Source of the DNA: Hydrurus foetidus
Lineage: Eukaryota
Direction: 5' to 3'
NCBI GenBank assembly: GCA_900617105.1
Contig: UYFQ01000597.1
Span: forward strand, 1-64,000
DNA: 64,000 bases
A program made the translations under genes and the position numbers. Below are positions 11,620-22,499 of this stretch, in pieces (position 1 is the stretch's first letter; each line of letters starts with the position of its first letter). The notes below the pieces were generated by a model. The model ran no database searches, was not told the origin of the DNA, and saw only the letters and a program-made list of their open reading frames with translations.

Positions 11620-11732
11620 TTCTAACCGCCAACTTTGCCAAAAGCAAACTTCCTCCTATAACCGACAATTCTAACCGCCAACTTTGCCAAAAGCAAACTT
11701 CCTCCTATAACCGACAATTCTAACCGCCAACT
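11620..11732 (+). repeat. 49-bp tandem repeat (2 full copies + partial) in the element's 3' UTR
   Basis: TTCTAACCGCCAACTTTGCCAAAAGCAAACTTCCTCCTATAACCGACAA starts at 11620 and 11669, with a partial copy at 11718. Confidence 0.9.
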
Positions 11733-11935
11733 ATTTCTACAGCCTACACATTCCTACCGCCAACTACCACTACATTCTTTTCCGACTGAGATCGATTTTC
11801 AAGACACCGACGTAACATTCCGGGGCCATTGATTGAACTTTATTTAAGATTAATATCGAATGAACATGTATGAATTAATTTAATGCCTTTGAAATAATAA
11901 TTGAATAAACTTGTTTGAATTGAATACGATAACAC

Positions 11936-11952
11936 ATCATAGGGGTGTGTAG
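11936..11952 (+). other. Putative polypurine tract followed by a TG LTR-like start (11948)
   Basis: ATCATAGGGGTG|TGTAG downstream of pol has the usual short-purine-run + TGT form of a PPT/3'-LTR junction. The function is inferred. Confidence 0.55.
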
Positions 11953-12149
11953 TAATATCAGTATTATGTAGACTAGATATTCCGTATACATATTGTGATG
12001 CTATTATCTGTATTTCATATTTGAACCACACGTACGGTGTTGCACCACAGCAGTACCGTACTACATACGATATGACGTATTTGATATAGGATAGCTATCA
12101 ACCTGTTGCAACAACTACCGACTACACTCGACTACTACTGCGTTGCAGC

Positions 12150-12300
12150 AGTGCTAATTAACCCAAACTCGTAGCCGTTTGCGAGACTTCTCTTCTGATC
12201 CGAGACAGAACGAGTAAAGCAGTTACGGAGAGTGCAGTGGGGAGCTTGTGACCAACCGTATGGGACATACGTCACACCTTCCAGTCCACCTTTCACAACA
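12150..12300 (-). repeat. Right 151-bp inverted terminal repeat of the Copia element
   Basis: AGTGCTAATTAACCC...CCTTTCACAACA, the reverse complement of 6185-6335. Confidence 0.97.
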
Positions 12301-12806
12301 GTGGCAAACTGAAAATTTCGGTTCGCGGGCAGATTTGACATCATGCCTTTATCTGTGAACTGTGACTTTGGAATAAGGCTCCGAGATTCATCACAATAAA
12401 GTTGCGTCAGATAGGGATTTTCCAATCCAAATCCAGTGAACATTTCAGTGATTTCTCAAATCAATTCTGTAAGGCAACTCATCGATCGTATTCAGCGATC
12501 GGTCAGATTGGCTGATCCATTCATTACCTATAGATTTGAACACTGTCTATCCTTGACAATTGGCACGCTCATCAACAGCAAGACTTTGCGTCTACAGCTG
12601 TGTGCAGCTACCGTAGCGTGCACTAAGCTGCAACGCCTAACGCATCGAAATAGAAATGTCGCTGGGAGCTAACGGTACTTTGAAAGGATTGAGATGACCT
12701 AAAACTCAATCAGGATGTACTGCGGCCCCAGCGATGGGGCTACGTTGCGGTTCGTCACTTCAGTATCTCTTTATCAAGCGTCACTGGACATCATCGCGTA
12801 GAAGTA

Positions 12807-14582
12807 ATGACTCTCAAAGTAACCACTGCTTTTCTACTGCTTATCTCAGCGTTCAGCTCGAGTTCAGCGATAACGGATCCCGACCTAACGAGTGAATGTG
12901 GGATATATCTGGCTCCATCACTGACAACTGCACTAGGCAGGGGTCTAATTGCTGGGAAAGATATTATTGGGGGTCAAATGATAAACCCTTCGGTGACTCT
13001 GGCTGTTAGATACGAAGACATTGAATCAACTCAGCTCATGAACTACCTTTTCGGATCACATGAGGACGATATCGCAATAGCTGAAATTGGCGTGATATGA
13101 TGTTCAATCATCGCGAGATGAGCTCCATTGATAGAAATTGGGAAACCCCTGAGCTGAACAGTTACTCCGACCAGAAGCTTGCTCATACGACTTACAGCAA
13201 CGTTGTTCCTTCAACGGTGTCGAACATATCAGGTACAATATATCTTTATGACTCATAATCTACGCTTGATTACAGCAAATTGATTATAAGAACGTCATTC
13301 ACATTATAGCTGGAGAGGAATTATTCTGCTCTTATGGTGGTGCGCACTGGTTCGAAAGTCGTGATTTCTCCCCGTCAGAGGACATACAAGATGTGAGACA
13401 CTTGCTGAGCTTGCTAACTGCTGCTGATGCATATGAAGTCATTTCTTCAAGAACTCAATCGATTGACATGATTCTTGACTTCTTTCATCACTATTGCACT
13501 CTGCGCTATCTATCTCTGAAGAGTGCGAGGTATTCTGCGGAGGATCTTAAGCAGAAGGGCGTGTGCATGACCAATGTTGAGCCCAGACAGTCCAAGCTAT
13601 CATTTGCAGGTACGTCACAGCATATGTGACAGAATAGATTCATCCCTCTGCATGCCTCTTGTTAAGTGCCATTCGGTTGCTATCTATACATAGGCAAGGG
13701 TTTGTTTGCGAAGAAAGACTTCAGCAAGGGTGACTTGGTGGTCGTGTCTCCCGTGTTGCTGCTGCCCAAGGACCATATAGAAAGCATTTCCGACTCGAGC
13801 ACTGTGCTCATGAACTACTGCATTGCTTCGCATGCTTCCAGCACAGTCATGTTTCCCTTCGCTTGGGGCGCTGTTGCCAATCATGCTCCCCCACACAGAG
13901 CCAACTTGGAAGTGGAATTGTTCTGGTGGAACAAGGAAGAGGAGGCGGAGAAAACCAGTGCAACTCTCTTTGAGTTGAGCTCTCGACTGTCAGCACAGCT
14001 GGACTTAGGGTACAGAGCAACGAGAGACATAGCGAGGGGAGAGGAAATGTACTTCGACTACGGAGAGGAGTGGCAAGTGGAGTGGTCTGATTTTCTCGCA
14101 AGAGTCAGTGATTGGTCTGGTCGTCTACGCAACAATGCCGAGATGCACGATCTCCATAGAGCCGTAGGAGACATGAGTGGTAGACAGGGCTCACACATGG
14201 GCGATGAAGGAGAGGACAGCATGCCTCAGTTCCGACAGTTCATAGGCGGGCAGGACCATCTTTTCCTGGCTGGTTGGAGAGACGTAGATGAGGCAGAGAG
14301 CTCTCATGAGACCTCTGTTGCATCGGATGGTATTGATGGCACTCCATTTTCACCATCATCTTTGTCTTCATTTGTTGCTGATCCCTGGTGCTGCCTGCAT
14401 CGCTGTCGCCACACGAATCAGTGCACTCAAACTCAGAGTCGGATGAAGGGGAAGACTCGCAGGCAGGGTCAGGTTACTGTACCGCCTCACTATCGAGCTG
14501 TGACAGAGAGACTGGTCTACAAGCAGACAGCACACCCTGCTCTGACGAGGACTGCGACTCCGAATCGTGTGCGTCCACGTAG
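12807..14582 (+). CDS. Signal-peptide protein with two SET-like domains (about 5 exons); contains an apparent 1-nt frameshift near 13095
   Basis: Hydrophobic N-terminus. First SET-like unit: CGIYLAPS..LGRGLIAGKDI / MMFNH / AGEELFCSYG. Second: GKGLFAKKDFSKGDLV / ANHAP / ATRDIARGEEMYFDYG. GT-AG introns at about 13233-13309, 13393-13521, 13610-13693 and 14330-14421. Confidence 0.7.
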
Positions 14583-15349
14583 TTGAATGGACATTCATCA
14601 ATGCATGGAACGGTTACTGACAAGACGAGGTGAGATATTACGAAATGTAATGTACAAGCCTGCGATGAGATCAGGTCAGGTCAGATCAGAGCTGACTGGA
14701 TTAAACTGCACCGCACAGCAGTCACTTGATCGACGTTGCTACTTATTCATGCTCCGTTTTTCTTGTCCTGGAAATCTGCATTAGCAATCAATCTGCTTGT
14801 AAATCACCGGGGAGATACGATAGACAATAATGATTAAACCACTTGCCTACCTTCCAAGACACTTTTTACTGCATGGCCGACGCGTATGAGTCATCTTTAG
14901 GTGAGAAGTTGTCCAAGCTTGTGCGATCAACTGAACGCAATTCCAATTTTGGATGCGATATTCTTCCAAATGTAATCTGTATCGACTGTACAGCCTTCCG
15001 TGCGATACACCGTATACCGTACCCGCTTACGGTGTACATGACACAGTGGGTTGAACGTTGAACCTAAAATTAAAAAAATTATGATGATTTTAATTTTCTC
15101 TGTGTGGTCCGTGGGTTGGGAGTCCAGAGTTGAGTGTTGGGAGACCACTTGGACTATTTTACGATACTTCCTCCCTTTTCACCTTCATCTTTATCACTGA
15201 AACCAAATATTGAGAAATTATCGATTATTCATAGCAGCAGAAGTCTTGGTCACTCGCGTCGTAACTGAAATGTGGACGTAGCGAGCATCAGCTGCAGCCT
15301 CTCTTTGCATCCAACAATTGTATCAAGTCCAGCATCTTTGTATGTAGCT

Positions 15350-18206
15350 ATGATTCCATTAATCACATTTGCGGCGACACCATCAACATCTGGACAGGAT
15401 CAATTCTGCGTCTGTTGTACCTTCACAACCGAGGCGTTGATCCAATTTTTTCAACCACAACAAGCTGCTGTACCTTCCGCCCCATCGATATCCGTATTCA
15501 GCAAAAGAGATAATTTCCTCGAGGGAAGCAAATGTGATGATGAATCTCAGTTGCATGATGAGAACTACACTCCGACAGGTCCCGATTTGGGATCAGTGAG
15601 CGTTGATAACTTCTTTATAGGCAAAAGTGACCGATCAAAGTCAAAGGTGAGAAGGAAATTTTCAAATGATGAAGGATGTTACGGCAGCAGACCAACAGAA
15701 GAATGAATATCTTTCTGCACAGGAATCGAAACATGAAGACTGCGATCAATTTATTTCTTCCGACAGTTTGGACAGTAACAAGTGAGTTACACACCTCAGT
15801 ATTTCGAGCAATCACATCTGGCATTTACTTGTTAGATAAAGTCTTTTCAAGAATCTTATCAATCCTTCTTTTACGATAACTGCGATTTAGGTTGCAAATG
15901 ACAACGTCATCAGTATCGTCTGCAAACTTCAGAATAATGCAGTCAAATAGACCTGATGAACCCGTAGTATTCGCTGAAATGGGTCAGATGCTAACGAGAG
16001 TGGGGGTGAAGTTGGAGCGGTCGGCCCCTCCGTCTCGCAGGGGGTCCCCATCCCGGGCCATCACTCCCAACCCATTCACCATGAGTCCATCACAACCGTC
16101 ACAAATAGCCAGTCCAAGAACACTTTTTCGAAAGGTCTCATCAGCGGCAGCAAACGATCCTAACAACTTTGTGAATACTGTTGGGATAAGTTCCTCCTGT
16201 CCTCGATCTCTCATAGAAGACGCGCTGGTCAGTGCGGATGGAGATGCACATCTTCTTAAGCTGCAACAGGTGAGAAGAGCCACATCAAGATGAATCTCCC
16301 ATCGGATTCATGCTCTGTTTATTGACTTGATTGTCCTCTATTCCCCATCAGGCCTGCCAGCAACAAATGCAGGAGCCCTCTTTTTCAAGGAGAGGGAGTA
16401 GTGAACTGGGAATTGCTAACGATAATGAAGATCACCAGATCACAATAAGACCGCGACTCGGAATCGCAGACGAGAAGGCGCCTTTCAAAGATACGGTATT
16501 TTTTGACGGGAGGGAGGAGGAGTGTGTGAGGATCTGTCCCTGGAGGGCTCAGTCACCCAAAATAGACCGAGTAATCTCCTCTGGATCACCCTCCACGAGT
16601 GTTTTCTCCTCCGAGCTGGTCTACTCCTCCACCACATCCCATGCCTCTACGTTCTCCTCTTCTTGCATGTCTGCTATATCGAGCTCCTCCACTAACACGG
16701 GCTCATACTGCAACTCTAACGGGGGTCAAATGAGGGATGACGAGAAGATGGTCAACCTGTCCATCGCATACAGCGAAGTGCTGCAATTGCAGGTAACTCC
16801 TGACCCACATCCCTCCACTGTAGTTCTGACACAATATGTAGCCGCGCTGACCATTTTGATTTCGCCGCCCCTTCTTTGGTCACTTCTCATACTATCCGTT
16901 TCAATCCAAACCAGCTATTTCACCTTTTTCTCCACACAAATAATCCCGCGTTATTTGAAAGGGCAAAGCTGGCGAAGCTGTGACGGTGGTTGAGAAACTG
17001 TTGAAAAAATTGGATGAACCGACGGACTCTCTACGGCCCACCGCATGCGTCTTAGGCAGAGATCAGGGTGAGAGTGAGAGGGACGGAGAGAGGGACAAGG
17101 AAGATGAGATGAAAAAAGATAGGAGCATAAGGTTTAGATCCTCAACAGGCACTATCAACCTCCTATCAGGGGCCTCCTCCCCTTTGGGGTCGGAGAAGGA
17201 CACCTTGAACCGACCCCTTTCCCCCCCCCTATTGGGGCCTTCCACAGACAGAGATAGAGACACGGTGGAGAGTGCTGTGCCTCCCTCTGATGCTATACGG
17301 AGTCTAGGCAGCACAGACCATTGCTTTGGACTGAGTAGAGAGCAGGTGCACCATCAGAAGCACATCGCCATATGCCATCGGAGACTAGGGTGAGTCCTGG
17401 TATACTTCGTATATGCTAGTCTGATCAGATACGCCCAATCTCTTCCTCATCCTCAGCTGCCCTCTCTTCTGTTTTTTCTCAGGGTTCTTTACAAGGTTGT
17501 TGGGCGGCTCACAGATGCCGAGACGAGCCTCCTGTGCTACATTAGACTAAAAACTGTAAGTCATCAATATGTGTCGTCTGTCTGCCTGCCTGCGTGTTTG
17601 TCCGTATGCCAAGTTTTCAGAGACCTTCCCGTAAGATGAAGTATGACGTGATGAAATGCGATGTAACGCGGTGTGGTGAGCAGTTGATGCGTCATATCAA
17701 ATAATTGGCCCCCTCATTTCTCGCCTCTTTCTTTCACTTAGAACTCAAGTGAGGCCAGCCAGTGCGAACCCGAGGTGCGCAATGACATCGCGAACACGTA
17801 CTGCCTGCTAGCAGCTATCGTAGACGAGGTGACTAACAGCTGGATGTACTGCTCTGCACTGCACTGCACTACGCACTACCTCACTGCGTCGCCCTGCACT
17901 CTACTCTACTCCTCTGTACTCTACTGTGCTCCTCTGTACTCTACTGTACTCCCCTGTACTCTACTGTACTCCTCTGTACTCTACTGTACTCCTCTGTACT
18001 CTACTGTACTACATCACCATGCACTCCACCCTACCATACTGCATTATCATGCTGTCTGTCATACTGCACTGCATCACATTATGCTTCACACGACTGACTC
18101 CAGCACGCTATATTCGATGTCCATCCTCATGCAGATGGATGACAGGCTAGACGATGCGAAGGAGTATGACCGACTTGCCCTTGACTTAATGACGCACTAC
18201 AAGTGA
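15350..18206 (+). CDS. Multi-exon Ser-rich hypothetical protein with a C-terminal TPR-like helical region
   Basis: Chain of + strand ORFs with GT-AG boundaries. The C-terminal exons (IAICHRRLG|VLYKVVGRLTDAETSL; IANTYCLLAAIVDE|MDDRLDDAKEY) resemble TPR repeats. The gene model is approximate. Confidence 0.45.
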
Positions 18207-21200
18207 AGAAAAAAATGATTGATTAAGATCATTTGATAAAAAGTGGCAGACGGATTGGAATGCAATGCAATGCAATGGAATAGAATGGGTAAAAGGGGGA
18301 GAGGTGTATTGGTGGACTGCGATAAATGGACAAGTGTATCGTTATTACGGACCGAAAGACCGAAATAATCGCAGTTGAATTTACAGAGCGAGGAAATGAG
18401 GGAGTCTACACAGACAGGGGGTGTCAGTATAATAGGACATCTGAACCGTGCTGTAGTGACATAGCGGTAAATTGGACCTGAGACCTCTCGATTCCAGATC
18501 AGTTCAGAGAAATTAATTGAAAACAAGAAATAAACGATGTACGAGATAGAAGAGAAATGCTGTCAAGCCAGCAATGGGCCACAGGAATTTATTTGGTGGC
18601 ATTGGTTATATTGAGTAAAGAGGACTACCGTACGGTACCGTACGTACATGATGAGAAGGCGTGTTAATATTCTGTACGTACCACAAGGAATAGATCTGAT
18701 GAAGTCTTGAGTGCTTTCATACAGTCGACATGTCGAATGGCATGAAACGGAAATAGGAATTGAGGGATTGGTGAAATGTGACAAGGGTGAGAGAAAGAAG
18801 GAAGGAGCAATGTATGACTCATGCTTTCAACCCGCCCACATTGCCCCGTGTAAAGCGACATGTCGACTCAGACATTGCACACACTATTACACACACTAAC
18901 ACACATACATAAACACACTAGCACACACATACACTCCCAAGCACTCACACGCACTCATACATGAACACACGGACACAATCACTCACGCACACTTGCTCAC
19001 ACAAAACTTACCCACGCACACGTACACGTACACAGAAATTATGGATCAAAGTGTCACTATGAATTATGATATAGTATTTCACATCCACGAGAGATGTAGG
19101 AAGAGAGAGAGTAAATCTGAAAAGTTATCTTAGGGGTAATGAGAAGACAAGATAAGTCAAGACAATTATCACCCCTGCTTTTCTACCCAACACCTCTACG
19201 ATATCTGCTCTGCTCTGTTCTCCTCACTTCTCTTCTCTCACGCTACACTGTCGGTGACGTACAAAAAAAGGATTGACTCGCACGTACGCGTGTCCGTACG
19301 TCTGTTCATCCGTCCCCCGACCGTACGGGACACGCATTAATCGACCACTGACAACACACAGCACATGTTAGGAGCGCAGCACAATCCAGCTCTCTTCACT
19401 GCATCAGACTCCCGACAACACTACACTACACTTCTATACTGCATTCCGACGCTACACTCCTACACTACACTACACTCCTCAGCACAGAGCAACACCGCAT
19501 ATCACATGAATCGGACTAAATCGAATCGAATCGAATCGAATCAATAAAACAGAGGAGTGGAGTGCAGTGCAGAAACCCGACGTGAACAACACATATGGAC
19601 TGTGTTCAGCACAGCACAGCACAGTGGAGTGGGAAAAGCAATGCAAGCAATGGAGTATGGAGGAGCACAGTGTGACACGTGGCAACCTCTGATACAACCG
19701 CTAGCCATGTCCCGTGTCGTGCCTCACAGTAGATAGTTATGATATGCGCAATAGACATGGAGTGATTCCCGTATAATTACATGTATTGGTATAGACATGA
19801 TATGATATAGTGCTATGACAAAGCAGACATCGCAACAAACAAAACATAATGAAGTGCGAGAAATGAAATGAAATAAAATGATATAAATCGAATATTATAT
19901 AATGTAACAGACTGGACTGCAGGGAAGGGAAGGCAAGGCAAGGTGTTCCCTTCTTTTCTTCATTTGATGTATATCCATCTCGAGTCAAGTCAGCGTGTAG
20001 CTTTTGAGTGAAAATTGATTTCCGCTTTCTTCGTTCAAGTTGAGAGCTTTGATTCTCTCCTTTCTCCTGCCTCTCTTCCCAGATAGCTAGGGAGAGAGAG
20101 AGGAAGGGAGATCAGTGGACGAGATCAAAAAGATCCTATTTAATTGCATACGTCATTGCTGTGTAATGCTGCTATGATAATCGACATCATGTCCAACCAC
20201 TACCATTTCTATTTCTTATTCGACTTGGCTCTACAGCCTAGAGGGAAAGAGTATTTTAAATAATATGGAATCAAATGGAGAATTGTCGAAGTCAAAGCAG
20301 TACAGCACTTTTGAGAATCTTCTTGAAGAATATTTGATGAATATAGAGCGAGAACTGTTGTTCTCAACGGTCATCTCTGAGTGCAAGAAGATGGTGTTCC
20401 TATTTCGTTGTGACTTCGATGATAGAGAGACTGGGTAAAAGTGGTGCACTCAAAAAGACAGAGATGTAGATCTGAAAAAATAAATGTTTAGAAATTAAGT
20501 TTGAAAACGTTGCCGATTATTTGACATTTATATTCTGTTCTGTTCCGTACTGTACAGTACGTGCACTGTCATGTCATAGCGAGTGTTGATAGATTTCAAG
20601 AAATTGCGATTGTTCAGGATGACTACTTTTATGACTGTGCTGTAAGAAACGAAATAACATATAATGAACTGAAATATAATATACGGGAGCCAAATGGATG
20701 ACGGACCAGTAAGTCGAGTCGGGTCGGGTCTTCTTACTGTAGATGAATAGAACTAGCTAAGCAAATAAATAAATGATGGATGAAAATACGAGGTCACTTC
20801 ATAAAATCTATACCGCGTTGCACCTTATCTCATCTCATCTCATCTCGTCTCATTTGATGTGGTGTGAAATGATCTGATAGCTAATGGCTGCTCATTTCAC
20901 TTCCGGTGTGATCGCTGAATGACTGGACGTCCAGAATAGATCAGAACAGAACACTATGGAACAGGAAAATACAATGCAAGTCATGACATAACGCTTCTCG
21001 AGATTTGGAAAGCGCTACTCGGATGGCATGCAAACTTCATCTGTCTCTTCTTCTGTCTGTCTTCCTGTGTCTGTCTGTCTGTCTGTCTGTCTGACTGACT
21101 GGTCATCCTAGATCATAGTCTGGAGATCACGAGCTATTCACTAGCTTTAGTTCTTACGAAACCAAGGCACCTTAATGTGGTTCATTGCAGTGTGGGTATG

Positions 21201-22499
21201 GTGTGGTTTAATGTTGTAATATAGTGCAGTGTGTTGCTGCTTTATATCTACGCGGAATAGATTATTAAAAATAAATATGTATGATACGATATGACATGAG
21301 TAGTCTGTCTTGGAGTAACGAAGTGTCGCAAGTGTGTTTTCTTGCTGTACCTTACGTTGCAGTATATATAAAGTCGAGTCAAACAGAGTCAAATCAAGCC
21401 CAAATGATGCGGTCCCATTTCATGATGCGGACTAAGAATTGACTGACTGATATACTGGTATACTAATCTGAATAACTAATTGATTGACTATGGAGTGATG
21501 AAATAACGGGAGTGCACAGTGGTGGAGGGATGGGTGGGTCATGCAGATAGGACAAAGGAGAGAAGAATGGCGAAAATGGAATGGGAGAGAAAAAAAGAAA
21601 AGAGAAGAAAAGAGAAGAAGATACTAACGAGCCAGAACAATATCTCACCAGCTGGGGCGAGTGAGTATGTAGGAAAGGGAGGGAGAAAGAAGAGGATAGA
21701 AAGAGGGAGGATGGGAGGGGAGAGAGGGAGGGAGGTTAGGGTTCTAGGACTAGAGCTGTAAGATGCTTACGAATAGATGTAAGACGACCAGACACGACCA
21801 GACAAGTAACAACATTGAGAGGACAGATCTACCGTCATCATGACACGACACAACACGACATGACATGATATGACGCTGCTTGGCATCGCAGACAAGCAGT
21901 TACAACGATAGAATAGGGAGTCCGACTGAATCCTGTAAGCAAGACAGACTAGCGCGGCTTGAGGCCCGGAAAAGTGGACAAATCAATTTCGATAAAATCA
22001 AATCAAATCAAAAGAAATATGGTGTTGTTGAGAAGGGTGGAGTTGTGAGGGTGATTGTGAAGTTTCGGGAGGGGAAGGAGCGCTGAGCGGTAGGAGGGAA
22101 GGGAAGTGAGGGGAAGAGAGAGTAGACATGATGCTCCGCATTGATGTCGCAACACTGCACTCTACACCACGGTAGTGTATCGAACTTCGCAGCACGCCTA
22201 ATCGACTCAAACTGAATATCTTCTTTTGGGTCAAGTTAAACGTTATCTTGATAGATAGACTTGATCCATCCTATCAACCGCACTCACTCACAGCGGCACC
22301 GTGGGCATCGAGCTTCAACTAGAAGTTCCACGAGTCAGTGGGAACGTTACTGCCCTCACACACACCCACACCCGAAACGCACAGAGTGCTAGTGCCGGTG
22401 ACATCCGATGGTTGGTACTGATGCTGCACCTGAAAGTGACTCTATTAGAGACGAGGAAGAAAGAAGAGAAGAGAGTTAAGATGGAGTGATGAGTCATCG

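Larger units (their letters stand above)
6185..12300 (+). mobile_element. Ty1/Copia-superfamily retrotransposon (diatom CoDi-like) bounded by inverted rather than direct terminal repeats
   Basis: Gag plus PR-IN-RT-RH pol in Copia order. The ends TGTTGTGAAAGG... (6185) and ...CCTTTCACAACA (12300) are reverse complements over 151 bp. Confidence 0.93.

Noticed and set aside
6185..12300. Classification as a DIRS, Penelope or cut-and-paste DNA transposon because of the inverted ends
   Set aside because: No tyrosine recombinase, GIY-YIG or transposase ORF, and no internal complementary repeat seen; domain order and motifs are Copia.
11948..12300. Hammerhead ribozyme in the terminal region
   Set aside because: I saw no CUGAnGA...GAAA core with matching stems by eye; a covariance-model scan would be needed to exclude other ribozymes.
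12135..12443. Minus-strand 102-aa ORF sharing a peptide with the start of ORF 6189
   Set aside because: It is the translation of the right inverted repeat plus flank, not a separate gene; used only as evidence for the repeat.
18300..22300. Scattered short ORFs between the TPR-like gene and aureochrome
   Set aside because: Low-complexity, microsatellite-rich sequence with no protein motifs; possible extra aureochrome 3' exons cannot be resolved.
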